The translations under genes and the position numbers were made by a program. From the NCBI GenBank assembly GCA_012295275.1, contig CM022673.1, positions 4,154,001 through 4,218,000 of the forward strand: a DNA stretch of 64,000 nt, given 5' to 3'. Under the pieces are notes generated by a model. It did not search any database. It was not told where the DNA came from and saw only the letters and a list, made by a program, of their open reading frames with translations. This DNA is from Chrysomallon squamiferum. Taxonomy: Eukaryota > Animalia > Mollusca. Positions 12,776-25,126 of the stretch are shown here, piece by piece; within the stretch, counting starts at the first letter, position 1, and the number at the start of each line of letters is the position of its first letter.

Positions 12776-13912
12776 TCAGTCTGATGACTTCTTGCCAAGC
12801 TGGGCTGAAAAGCCGTAGTGGTCCAGTCTGCGTTTTCCCAACTGTGCTGCGAAGCCATATTTATCCGTAGACTTTTTGCCGAGTTGTGGGGCGAATCCGA
12901 ATCGATCAGTAGATTTTTTGCCCAACTGTGGGGCAAATCCGAACCGATCAGTAGATTTTTTGCCGAGCTGTGGGGCAAATCCGAATCTATCGGTGGACTT
13001 TTTGCCGAGCTGTGGAGCGAATCCAAACCTGTCGGTAGACTTTTTGCCCAGTTGTGGGGCAAATCCGAACCGATCAGTAGATTTTTTGCCGAGCTGTGGG
13101 GCAAATCCGAATCTATCGGTAGATTTTTTGCCCAACTGTGGGGCAAATCCGAACCGATCAGTAGATTTTTTGCCGAGCTGTGGGGCAAATCCGAATCTAT
13201 CGGTAGACTTTTTGCCCAGTTGTGGGGCAAATCCGAATCTATCGGTAGACTTTTTGCCCAGTTGTGGGGCAAATCCGAATCTATCGGTAGACTTTTTGCC
13301 TAATTGTGGAGCAAATCCGAACCGATCGGTAGATTTTTTCTCAAGTTGGCCAAAATAACCATAGCTATCCGATTTTCGTTTTCCAAGCTGAGCCATAAAG
13401 CCGTAAGAATCTACAGACCTCTTCACTCGAGGGCTGTCGAAATCAGCTAAACTTAACATTCGTTTCCCCAGCTGTGGATAATAGCCAAACCTGTCGACAG
13501 CCCTTTTGCCCAGTTGTGGCATAAAACCGAGCTGATCCACCAGTCTTCTGCGGACAAGTCCGAACCTTTTCCCCAGCTGCGCTGTAAATCCGTAATAATC
13601 CAGAGCTCGTTTTCCAAGCTGGGACAAGTAACCGTACTGGTCCAATCCACGTTTACCTAACCTAGCTTTAAACATCATAGGATCCAGCTCCCGTTTGCTC
13701 ATCCCGGGCGAATACAAATAAGAGTCTAAATCTCTTTTATCACTAGCTTCTTTGCCATTTAGGCTTTCTTTTGAGTCTATGCCGTTAAAATATCCTAAGG
13801 AATCAACACCGGACTCACTGTCGTAGCTGATATCGTCAGCTCTGACTACGACAACAGCTATCAATGTTATTGTGAACAATCCGAGGCCAGTTGATCGGTG
13901 TACTAGAAACAT
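12776..13912 (-). CDS. buccalin: Buccalin / allatostatin-A-family neuropeptide precursor (378 aa)
   Basis: ATG at 13912 (the track's TTG start at 13936 lies upstream of the acceptor ttgtctttccag| at 13925). Signal peptide MFLVHRSTGLGLFTITLIAVVVVRA, then an acidic spacer and tandem xxDxxGFxxQL-G peptides flanked by KR/KK/RRR. Peptides: ELDPMMFKARLa, GLDQYGYLSQLa, ALDYYGFTAQLa, LVDQLGFMPQLa, AVDRFGYYPQLa, SVDSYGFMAQLa, STDRFGFAPQLa x11, STDKYGFAAQLa, RLDHYGFSAQLa. The D at position 3 and F/Y-x-x-x-L-amide match molluscan buccalins (e.g. Aplysia GMDSLAFSGGLa). Confidence 0.92.
   Translation of the reverse strand: MFLVHRSTGLGLFTITLIAVVVVRADDISYDSESGVDSLGYFNGIDSKESLNGKEASDKRDLDSYLYSPGMSKRELDPMMFKARLGKRGLDQYGYLSQLGKRALDYYGFTAQLGKRFGLVRRRLVDQLGFMPQLGKRAVDRFGYYPQLGKRMLSLADFDSPRVKRSVDSYGFMAQLGKRKSDSYGYFGQLEKKSTDRFGFAPQLGKKSTDRFGFAPQLGKKSTDRFGFAPQLGKKSTDRFGFAPQLGKKSTDRFGFAPQLGKKSTDRFGFAPQLGKKSTDRFGFAPQLGKKSTDRFGFAPQLGKKSTDRFGFAPQLGKKSTDRFGFAPQLGKKSTDRFGFAPQLGKKSTDKYGFAAQLGKRRLDHYGFSAQLGKKSSD
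12872..13333 (-). repeat. Coding 42-bp tandem array, 11 units (STDRFGFAPQLGKK)
   Basis: 462 bp = 11 x 42. Units differ only at synonymous positions. Confidence 0.95.
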
Positions 13913-13924
13913 CGTCAGCGCAAT

Positions 13925-13940
13925 CTGGAAAGACAATTAA
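13925..13940 (-). promoter_or_regulatory. Splice acceptor preceding the buccalin coding exon
   Basis: Minus strand cattttgtcttttaattgtctttccag|ATTGCGCTGACGATG: pyrimidine tract plus CAG, 12 nt before the ATG. Confidence 0.75.
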
Positions 13941-15034
13941 AAGACAAAATGAATGGTAAAGAAAGGAAAAAAAACCAATGAAGGATAAATAAGAGACAAG
14001 AACAATAGTGAATTAAGAGTAAGGAAGAATGTGATGTGACGGTCAAGGAAATTTTAAAAATCAGATGTAGAAAATTGGATTTCGTTTCACTTTAGAAGTT
14101 ATATGTTCAAATAAATGGTTAGGATCAAAAGAATGTTGGTTGTTTCTTCAATATCAGTTTTTATAAGATCAGTGAATAAATTATCATCAGTATCATCATC
14201 AACATGAACATCATCGTCATAACTGTATTTATTTATAGATGTATATCTCTCTCTCTTTATCTATCTACCCATCCATCCATCCATCCATCCATCTGTCTGT
14301 CTGTATGTATGTCTGTCTTTCTATCCATCTATCTATCTATCTATCTATCTATCTGTCTGTCTGTCTGTCTGTCTATCTATATTTGTCTTTTTCCTTTCCT
14401 TAAGAACACTGAAGAGTACCAGCTATTACCAACACTTACAACGGGAAATAAACCAAATAAATCTACACAAACTGAGCAACATCGCACTAATAGTGATGCA
14501 ATTTTCCAAAGCACCACTACAAAATTCGTCAATACGTTAAAACTACAATGAAAAATTCTCTCAGAATTTCTGCTGCAGATTTTGCGAATCCTAATCACCG
14601 AGGCTTCACAGCCGCAATTCATGCAAACTTCGAGTCTGTATTGCAACACTGATTGGCCGGTTTGAGGTGCTTGGAAAAAATCTCGAAAAGACCATTTGGG
14701 ATTACTCCCGGGGAATGATTAACCCGCCCGATGGTTGGTAATGAATGACTCTGTTTGAAGAGACGACACGTTGCCCATTCTGAGAACGCGCTTGTTAACT
14801 CGGCTCCATGATTGTACAAATTACACGCATTAGATGAACGTAATGTCTGCGAGAAAGTGTGAATTTAAAAAATAAAAAATAAAAGGAAATCGATAAAATT
14901 CTGAATTTATTACAGTTGAATAATTGTTTCATTTTTTTTTTTTTTTTTTTAAATTATAATTAACTTGTTAAATTATAATTTAAATTTAATATTGTAATAA
15001 TAACAACAATAATAATAATAATAATAACAACAAC

Positions 15035-15072
<38 letters not shown>

Positions 15073-15249
15073 ATAAATATATATATATATACAATAAAAT
15101 AAAATAAAATAATATTGCCAAATCATGTGATGAAAAGATATTGGCCTTACGAATAAGAGATCCTTTGATTATCCTTTTTCTTCCTTCTAATTAATGGTGC
15201 AACAGATTAACTGTATCTATAGACAGGCAGCTGATTGTTGATTCAAGCC

Positions 15250-15525
15250 ACGCCTCGGTGATTTAGAGCGAGCAACTAACACATGACGGGTCACGTGATC
15301 AGTCCTCGTCTACGACTCATTTATTAAAGAGGTGCATTTTCCCAGCCCATGGGAAGGTTGATTCTTAATATCCCTTGCTGTTAATCGAAAATAGAACTAC
15401 ATCGTGATAGTGGGTTTCCTTTCTTATTATGAGTATAGTTCTTGGCCACATGTAAAAGATATTGTATAAGTTTTCTTTTAAAAGATGTGTGTTGAGCGGC
15501 CTTGTATAAAACAGTTCTTCATTTC
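15250..15525 (+). mobile_element. Decayed Meta-domain-like SINE
   Basis: Contains atcccttgctgttaatcgaaaatag, then gtgatagtgggtttcctttct, then tgtgttgagcggc..tataaaaca. The blocks are colinear with the copies at 15890 and 49115. Confidence 0.6.
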
Positions 15526-15889
15526 TGCTTTGCGTGCCCAAGAAAAAATGCTTCACAAAAACGCCGTTCTGATTAACACGCTATAATATCAGAATTATAC
15601 GAAAACAACACCTAACTTATTAATGAGATATATATAGCCTTGTTTACGTATCCTTTGATGGAAAAAATGTGATTAAACGATTTTGACGTGAAAGACACTT
15701 TAGCTGTGAAGAACTTTACTTCTCTCTCTCATGGATGACTAACGTAACCGTTCACTGGTACGAAAATCGTAATAACAATGACTGTGTAATTGGTCCATCG
15801 AGTCGTAGACCATGAATAATGTATTTAAAGAGTGATTAGTGTATTTTAGTATATTTATCTTAACACGAACAAGGTTTTAACTTAGTTTA

Positions 15890-16160
15890 GACTGCACGGT
15901 TGATCACTGTTTGAGCCCCCACCAGAGCCACCATCTCACCTACTCTTATCAAAGACTGCTGCGCATATGTTCAAGTCTAAGGGAAGGTGCATATGAAGAA
16001 CATTTCTTGCTACTAATAAAAGGAAGTAACCTGTCGCGTGCCCGTAAACGGTTTTCTTTTCATTATCTTTATGGTTTTTAAATATATGTCTGATGCCATA
16101 AATAATCACAGATTTAAAACCGCGTCAATTGAGTCATTAAATAAACATTGTTTTCTTCCT
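15890..16160 (+). mobile_element. Decayed Meta-domain-like SINE
   Basis: Contains tatcaaagactg, gggaaggtgcatatgaagaacatttcttgctactaat, cggttttct, atatgtctgatgccata and cattaaataaacatt in the order expected for this SINE family. Confidence 0.65.
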
Positions 16161-17620
16161 TTGCATATATCAGCAGACAGCAGATAAACCTTCGGCTTTT
16201 AGACTAGGTACATGTTGTAAAAAAAGGTTAACATTACCTCAATGGGAAGTTGTAAATTAACAAAAACCAACCTTATCTTTAATCCCCAAAACACAAACAC
16301 ACAGGGAAATGAGCCACAAAAATACTGGAGCAGAAATAAGCAATAAGACGCTTCCAGAAGGGTTGATATTAGAATGAATTAAAGTCCACATTAGTACTGG
16401 TACCAGAGAGGTACAGCGGATTTTCATTCCGTTATCTACAGTTTGGGAAAGTATTGCTTTCAATATGTTTTAAGCGTGTATTTTCAACAGTTCAACTAAT
16501 TGTTTATTAACACTGCATTTTAACGGCTCGGTGTATCTATTTTAGGTCAGAAACCTCAACAGGTCAATTCGTTGTTTATTATCCTATCAGCGAAAACAGA
16601 ATAACGACACCTTTGCTTTATCGGATTTACAAACAACGTGTATTCTTGCGTTTAATGACATTGTCGAGCAAATTGCTTGATAACGGGTTTTACTCAAACA
16701 CGTTAGTTGTTCGCTCAATCACGCTACACGAAATGTCGATCAGCGGGCGAGAGCCAAGTTGTAATAATCAACGCCGTGAAAAACATTTTCCGCCGCTAAG
16801 TAAATTGCCGGAGATCGCATCATCAGCAAAAAGGTGTTTGAAAATGGCCTCTCTGTAGTTTTTTTTTTTTATTTTTTTTTTTTTTCTGGATTCTCCTGTA
16901 ATTAAACTCTCTCTTGTGAAGAAAGAAACATGCACGTTTATTTACAACTCAAAGATTTTTAATTACTCTCGAATGTGAAAAGGTTAAACTTCTTAGTAGA
17001 TGTACTCATAATTACGCGTGTGGGTGTTTGTTTGCGCGTGTTCATCCATGCATGAATGAATATTCGCACATACATGTGTGTATGCTTTATGAAGCTAACT
17101 AATGGAAACTGCTAAGATGCTGTGTGGACATTTTTGACATAATAAATAGCGATATGCTCTTTCTTTATTTCTTACTATGTTATGACAGTTTTTAAAAGAT
17201 GTTTTCATATGCATACTATTATTTTCTCTATAGTGGTTACCGCTTTTTTCATTATAAATAATTCTCTCATTTATGACTTCATCATCATCATCATCGTCAT
17301 TTTTTTTTTTTTTTTTTTTTTTCTTCATCCTTACCTCTTTGCATTCTTCTTCACGTAACGATTTTATCTGAGGCTTTCTTAACATCCTTCGAAATAAATT
17401 TATTTATTTATTTATTTAAATAATTTTTTTTAACTCCTTTTCAGAAGATCGTCTAGCGTGCTGTATCACCGGAAACACTGGCAACGAGGTCAGACGCAGT
17501 TTATCCGGATCCGTAATTTTCTAACTCGTCTATACCTTTAATGTGAAATCTTTTTAATGCAACTGGCTCAAGGATAGAAAGAGTTCTTCAAGTATCTGGC
17601 AATGAGACGTGGTGTCAATT

Positions 17621-17639
17621 AGCCGGCAGAGGGCGCCAG
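17621..17639 (+). promoter_or_regulatory. CTCF-like binding motif
   Basis: agCCGGCAGAGGGCGCcag matches the CTCF core CCRSYAGRKGGCRS within an AT-rich background. Motif match only. Confidence 0.5.
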
Positions 17640-17914
17640 GGTTCACGGCGTGAGTAACGGTGTTGATGACTGTCATATACTTCAGTGCTCTGTCGGTAAT
17701 TTCGCACTCTATCATTTATGGCGTCTCGTCAATATTTCATTTACTTTTTATTTATTTTTTTATCTTTTATTTTTTTTTTTACTTTGGTTGCAGTGTAAAT
17801 TTTTTTTTTTTTTTTTTTTGATTTACTTGTTTTCAAGAAACTGTGTATAATATATATATATATATATATTTTTTTTATTGATCGGAATTTTGTTTGTATT
17901 TATTTGTTATTCAT

Positions 17915-17952
<38 letters not shown>

Positions 17953-20504
17953 GATAGTTACTAAAAGAATTAGCATAATGCTGAATTAAAGCTTGCCTAA
18001 GACAGATTGGCAGAGTAACTTCATAAGATAAATAGAGATTGAGGTAGAGATATGTGTATGTGTGCGTGCTGTATGTGTGTTTGTGTTCATACACACACAC
18101 TATTACACACACACACACACGAAAATGTGTATATGACAGAAATAGATGTGTATTAAAGAAAACGCATATAGTTAGATTCAAGATTCTAAATCCTCTTCGC
18201 ACAATCTGGAAGTATTCTATCGGGAATCATACACATGCAGACCTGTTGTTAACAGCTCAGTCTGAAAACAACAGGTAATAACTCTAAAAGATTCCTTTCA
18301 CTGAGTATTTACGGTATTAAGGAAACTGTCTGGGGATGCTTTACGAGTAACTGATATTTCTGAAGCTCTGTACAGACAGACAGACAGAACTTTGCGAGAA
18401 AAATAAGTACGTAATTAGCTCAGTACAACTTAACACGTCTTCGCCTTTGCGCAGAAAATGCCTAAAGTAACCTTTTGAACTGAAGGTTCTAAGAATTCCA
18501 GATCCCGATTTCTCGATATCCTTGCAAGAGAAGTTTTGTTTCGTTGGGCAGCTTTGGGATGTTAATAGTTTCTCCATATATTCTCCTTGTTTGAAGTCTG
18601 AGTAATATATAGTGTAAATGTCGGGGTTCTATTTGGATTGCTTGTTCTGTGAGCTTCAGTTTTGAGCATGTATACGTAAAAAGAAGCTTGGAATGTAATA
18701 AATTCACTCTGTGACGAAAATATGCCCAAGACAAAATGAGGAAAGTTACAGGTAATTTGTCTATAAGTAATAAGTTATTGCTTATTATCCTTGATGATCC
18801 TTGAAGCTTATCGAAATCTTTTCAAACTGCAATTTGGTTGATGCTAAAAGATTCAAGTGACGTGTTATGTAATATCAGATACTGACAGTTCGAAATACAT
18901 TATTATTCATTTTTGAAACATTTTCTGAAGACAATTTGAACTTAAAAATGATGTAAATAGATTCAGAAAGGCGCACGTAATATTTATTATTTATAAATGA
19001 GAAAATGTGGAAAATGCGCCTTTTTATTTAAACCACCGTAGCCCATTGAAGACATTTCAGATTATGGTTTTAGGTAAAGATGAAGCAAGCGGTTAGGTTT
19101 AAAATTCTAGCTTTCTAACAGTGAGTAGAGAACTGGCTGGAACGGGAAATAGACAGGCATGCGCAGATACGCGAACACTTACATATTTGACTTCTTCAGT
19201 TAAGAATCTTAGAAACAACACTTTTCTTATAGATATATAAGATGTGTCAGTAAAGAAAATATATCTGTCGGTGAATGAGGAATGAAAAAGAAATTTAAAA
19301 AAAAAAGGGAAAAAAAAGAAGAAACGAAATGGGAAAATGTTACTGTCTCGATTTTGAGTTGAAAAACAAAAGACCATCACGGGTCAGAGAGGCCGCTAAA
19401 CATATCACAAAAGAAAAACTGTTTTGATGCCACTAAAAGCATTTGCTAGATGTTCTGTCATTTCATAGCAGAGCGATTGTCCGTGAACAATGCGGCAATT
19501 ACACATACATCTTTTTATTTACGGTAGTCGTAATTATTGCGCTTCTCGCGATTAGCTCCCCAAGATTCCCCGTGTCTCCAGTTTGATAAGAGAAATAAAA
19601 TTAGTCACAAAATGGCCGCCAGCATTCTCGGATAATATCGTTGGAATACTCGGTGATTGAAACTTGCTAAAGTGAAAAATGGTTGCGTAACCCTGGTAAT
19701 TGCTTGACAAAATGAGAAACAGTATTGGCTGAGACCTGAATTTATGACGAAAGTACAAAAAGAAATGTGGGTAGCCACCAATATAAAAGTCTCTGTATTC
19801 ATTCAAAATATCGACACGCATTAAATTCAGTCTGTTTGTTGACGAGAAAGATCTGTAATATAACTGAGAGAACAAAGATTTTTGAAAACCTCTAACAATA
19901 TAGCTTTTCTTAAACGTAATTATTTAACTGTTATTGTATTGTTTATTCGTAACAAAAGCGTCAGTATTCCCTGAATCTATTGTCTAACCTAAATTTAATT
20001 TAATTCAAACTGTTACAATCTGTCGCTTTCATTAAGCTTCAGTACAATATATATTCTGCAGCAGCATACATATATATATATGGAAAAACCGGTTATTGTC
20101 TGAAGACATGAACTCAAAGCAGCGAAGATCGGAAAGAAGAATTGCATTCGATATTCGACCTGAGCTGGATACACCTGATATCTTAAGACAGTAACAAGTT
20201 ACTTCTTTATTCTGTAATCGTAAATAATACAAGAATTAAAAGAAATTAACTGTTTTATATCTCAGCTCACCACTATGGGAATAGCAGATTGTAGGCTGAC
20301 GTGTATTGATTTCTGTGTAGCCTGTGTACATCGATACAAAATAGTTCTTACAAAGCAACAATTTATTTAATATTATTGAAATGAATAGAGTTTTCTAAAT
20401 TTTACTTTTTTAAAAAGATCTAATTACTAAAGAAATCACTTTGAATGATACATTCTTAACATACTAAACATATATAGACACACACAATATCTGTAGATAG
20501 ATAT

Positions 20505-20540
20505 AGATACAGATAGATAGAAAGATAGGTAGATAGGTAT

Positions 20541-20603
<63 letters not shown>

Positions 20604-20735
20604 TACATAGACAGATATCCTGCAGATATATTTAGTGGCACTGACCAAACACATAACATTTTAGCAATTATATTCAATAAATTACCGGTTACTTACATAT
20701 ATATATATATGATTGTATGAATGCATGCATGCATG

Positions 20736-20769
<34 letters not shown>

Positions 20770-20925
20770 TGTATGTATGTATGTATGTATGTATGTATGT
20801 ATGTATGTATGTATGTATGTATGCGTCTGTATATCCTGCAATCATTGTACTTACAAACGCACACACATATAACATAAGTGTGTGTGTGTGTGTGTGTGTG
20901 TTGAGACAGAGAGAGAGAGAGAGAG
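20505..20925. repeat. Cluster of (GATA)n, (TATG)n, (TG)n and (GA)n microsatellites
   Basis: Directly visible. Similar (TACA/TATG)n clusters occur at 30080-30385, 31070-31115 and 32346-32445. Confidence 0.9.
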
Positions 20926-21761
20926 GAAACACATGTCAAGGAAAGCTTTATACTTCGACTGATATTATTAACTAGGTGAAAATAAAATATCCCTCTGTTA
21001 CAGTTCAAACAATATCGGCATCTTCAGTATTTGCTACAATCCTATTTAACATGAACTCAAGTGATTAGCAGAACAGAATTAAAGGACAACACACTGAAAC
21101 TTTGCCTCGGATTCATAATAATTTACATTAGCTAAATGCAGCAATTTTGTGGCTGTAATTACAAGAACCAGTCCGTGTGTTCATGTCATGATCGATTCCT
21201 GTTATGGCTGTCCGAATCATGTAATGAAAAGAAACGACAGCTTCCGATAATCCGACATCAGATCTCCGTTTACAATCAAGATGGAGAAACGAGTATTAAA
21301 ATGAAAGACAATTTTTTTTTTTTTTTTTGACCTTTCGCTCCGATACTGTTATTCTTTCTCGTTCATAACAAACCATATGGAGTCACAAATTACTGCCAGG
21401 CAATATGGCGACGATAAAAAGCTTGTAAAACGACGGGATAATTCTGTTTGTTGGGTATTTTTCGAGATTGGACATTGATTGTTGCGAGTGCTTCATCGTT
21501 TATCTCAATCTGTCTTCTTGTAATAGGCGTTTTTTCCCATTGATGAGTGACGGCTCTTCACCAACAGCTTGTTAAAATAACAAAGTTCCTCACCGTTCCT
21601 TGACAATATGCTTAAGTAATGGTTTACCACTTTCACCGATGATGGATGAAGCAAAAACACAAATGTTCATTAGCAAAGCTTCTGCTGGGCCCGTCTCGGT
21701 ATTTCAGAAAGGATTTCGCCGCGTTAAGCGGCCGGTTTATCGATACCTCGTCGAATTTTGA

Positions 21762-21769
21762 TGACGTCA
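21762..21769. promoter_or_regulatory. Full cAMP-response element (TGACGTCA)
   Basis: Perfect CRE palindrome inside a relatively CpG-rich patch (about 21680-21870). Motif only. Confidence 0.35.
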
Positions 21770-22426
21770 AAACAGAAACACGTGAGAAGATCGTTGTAAA
21801 AACCCGGTCTAATTAAATGAAAATATCTGTTACTGCTACATATGGTGGGGCATTAATGTCACCACGGTCCTTTGAAGTAAGAAAAGAACAGAAAAAAAAA
21901 TAATGAAATAAAAAACGAAAGGGAAGAAAAAATGATGATCAAGAGACTCCCCAAACTCTGATTTATTTGGAAAACAACAGTCTGAAGATTTCCAATTAAA
22001 CTCCATTTCTTGCTGAAAAAAATATATTCATTCTTAATCTCAGTGTACTCTTTTCTTTATAGTTTCTTTTTCTTTTTCTAAAATTGAATTTCGATAGAAG
22101 ACTAGTCGTTTATTTTCTGTGGTACATAGGTTGTAAAAAGTTTTACAAGTTCTATCAAAAGACTCCGAACAAAGTTTACTTAAAAGCTTGTCAAGTTTTA
22201 TGTTATAAAACTGCTAATTTCCCTTTAATACTATTTCATTCCTAAATTAAGATGCCTATCTAGAACTGATCAGGATTACTTTCTGAATTATTTGTTGGAC
22301 AACATTGTGAGTACAGGATATTAATCTGACTATAATTTAATTAACTGCTACGTTAGAAACTGTTTGTTAATTTGAGCCGAGGTTTTGATTTCTGTTCTTG
22401 TGTGAAGTTAATTAATTAATTAATTA

Positions 22427-22482
<56 letters not shown>

Positions 22483-23445
22483 AAAATAAAAAAAAAGCCA
22501 CATTTATTTTCATTAATTAATGAAAGTCAAGACGTTGACGCTTTTAGCAGATTCCTTTGTCGTAATTCTGTATCTTAAACACGACGATGTACACATTTTC
22601 TGTTTTATTTAACACCGGTATCTTATTCAAGATATTAGTTATGCCACATAATAAAAACTTGATCACGCCCTTTACAGAGTTCAGTGAACTTACTGAATTT
22701 CTGTTTACACCTGTCTGTGTGTCCGTGCCTCTGTGGGTATGTATGTATGTATGTATGTATGTGTGTACGTGTGTGTATATGTGTTTGAAATTATATATAT
22801 TTTAAAATCTACGTCTCCGGACTTCTCCTTACATTTCTAAGGATCTCAAGCATTTCGGATAAACGATTGTCAATAGCATTAATTTACATCCGTAAGCATC
22901 ATTATTTAATTTACAATCGTGAACATTATTATTTAGTTTACAATAAAAATTTTGGTTTCTTTTTGACACGTATCATTTTCGTTTACGTTTCAAGAGCCCA
23001 AAATCATCCACTGCCCAGTTGATCTAACTCTAGTTTATTTCTAAATCGTACAGTGAATATTAAGAATATATGTTGTTTGTTTGCTGCGTCGTAAAAAAAC
23101 AACAACAAAAAAACAAAAAATATATATATATCTTTAAGGTTTAAACCTACTGTTAAGTCCTTTGTTGGACTATGCTATTTGAACCGTGATCCTGTCTGGT
23201 AAATAACTAAGAAATCTCTTATTGGTTTGAGTCATGCTGATTGCTGATTTTTTGTTTCTTCTGCTGTAAGGTTACTTAATTTAGTTTTTTAATTGTTGTA
23301 ATTAATTCCGGATATTTTCGACGTCTTCATTATATTGTAATACTGTTGGCGTCATGCATGCTGCTGTCGTCATTTTCATGTTTACATCGTTGTTATTATC
23401 TCCGGATGTTAATAAGCATATCTGATTAAGACAATATGTGTGTGC

Positions 23446-23543
<98 letters not shown>

Positions 23544-25095
23544 AGAAAATCACAATACGAAAGAAAAAGAAGACAAAGCAAAAACAAAAGAACAAACAAT
23601 TTAAGAAGAAAAGAAAGAACAAGAAGAGAGAGAAAAAATGTATTTATGAAGAAGAAAAAGGAAAGGATAAGATGAGAAAAAGAAGTAAAGCAGAAAGAGA
23701 AAACGAAGAAAAGAAATAACCCTAACTGTACAATACTTGTAATTTTTGACTTTCCATGACATCCTCGATTGTTTCTTATGAATAAGAAATAATTACATAA
23801 GTTTAATTTTTTAAACTTTTTTTTATGTGTTCTCTCTAAGACGAAGTCTCTTTGTTTGTCTTTAACAATTGTTTGTCTGTAACGAAAGATGTCAAGTATC
23901 ACTGAGCATTGTTATGTGTTTTCAGTGTTCAGAAGAACTGCTTGTCATAGTAAGAGTTGTTTACCCAACTAAATACTTCAATGTTCGATTTAAAACAGAA
24001 AAAAAAAAGGGGGGAAAAAAATAAAAGAAAGAAGAAAAATTACCAAACAAAACAAACTGGGTGAGTAAAGTAAAAAAGTGTAACAGGAAGTGAGGGAAGG
24101 AATAAAAGATTCAACGTTACGTCTGCGCATGCGTGTAAAAATCTTGTCTTTTACTGTCAGGAGGTTGCCCGTAGATTCGTTATTATAACATCATCGTGGA
24201 TCTCAGGATTCAAAAAATAAAATAGTCTGCTATGAAAATTTAGGATATAATAATTTATACTGATATAAATTCAGGCCTATATTATAGAAATAAATTTAAA
24301 CGTTGTAATAGTACTAGTAGTACTAGTAGTAGCTGTAGTTGTAGGAGGAATAGTAGTATTAGTAGTAATAACTTTAGTCGGAGCAGAATGAGGGATGAGA
24401 AGAGAGAAGAGATGGCAGTGTTATACTAGTTATAATAATAGTACTCATAATATCAGTATTAGCTACAGTAGCAGCAGTATTGGAGGAAGCAGTTATTGTT
24501 ATACAAGTAAACGTTGTATACGTTATAGTTATGGAAGGAAACACTGTACTTGTAGCAGTGGTAGTAATCGTAGTCAGAGTAGCAGCAATAATAATGAAGA
24601 CAGTGTTGTAGTAGCAGTGTCTGTAGTACTAGCAACAAGCAGCCGTGCAGCAGTAACACAGATAATTACTATTTCATTCAGTACCGGTAATTATCGGATT
24701 GGGCTGAGACATAATTCCATAGAAACCGTGTCAAGGAGGTCATTATCGCTGGATCTGTCTTAGCAAACTGTTTCTTAACTTTGTTATGAGACGTTCGTAA
24801 GTTGTTTCTGTCAGGAGAAAACACTGGTCCATATCCGTGTAACGTGGATCATTTAGTTTGGTAGCAGAATGGCACAGTTATTTATTTGTCAGTTATCTGT
24901 TGTCTTTAAAATGACCGGTCATACAGGCTTTGAAGACTAATATTAGGTACTGAGGGTTGTTCTTTTTCCCGTTCCAAACAGGGTTATTCCCACTGTGAGG
25001 GAAAATGCATGTAACAGATAAATGTTTTTTTTTTCTTTCTCTAATTGGTATAACAAAGACTGTCTTTTCGTATATAATAATAATAATAATAATAA

Positions 25096-25126
<31 letters not shown>

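Noticed and set aside
12751-13358. Overlapping ORFs in other frames and on the plus strand (173, 161 and 160 aa)
   Set aside because: They stay open because the 42-bp unit lacks stops. Variation is synonymous only in the buccalin frame, and the starts are non-ATG.
13913-13936. N-terminal extension MSFQIALT of the 386-aa ORF
   Set aside because: It begins at a TTG inside the polypyrimidine tract of the splice acceptor. The first ATG is at 13912.
23302-23902. SLSL/RERE and YIHT/MYVC ORFs throughout the window
   Set aside because: Translations of (GA)n and (TACA)n microsatellites.
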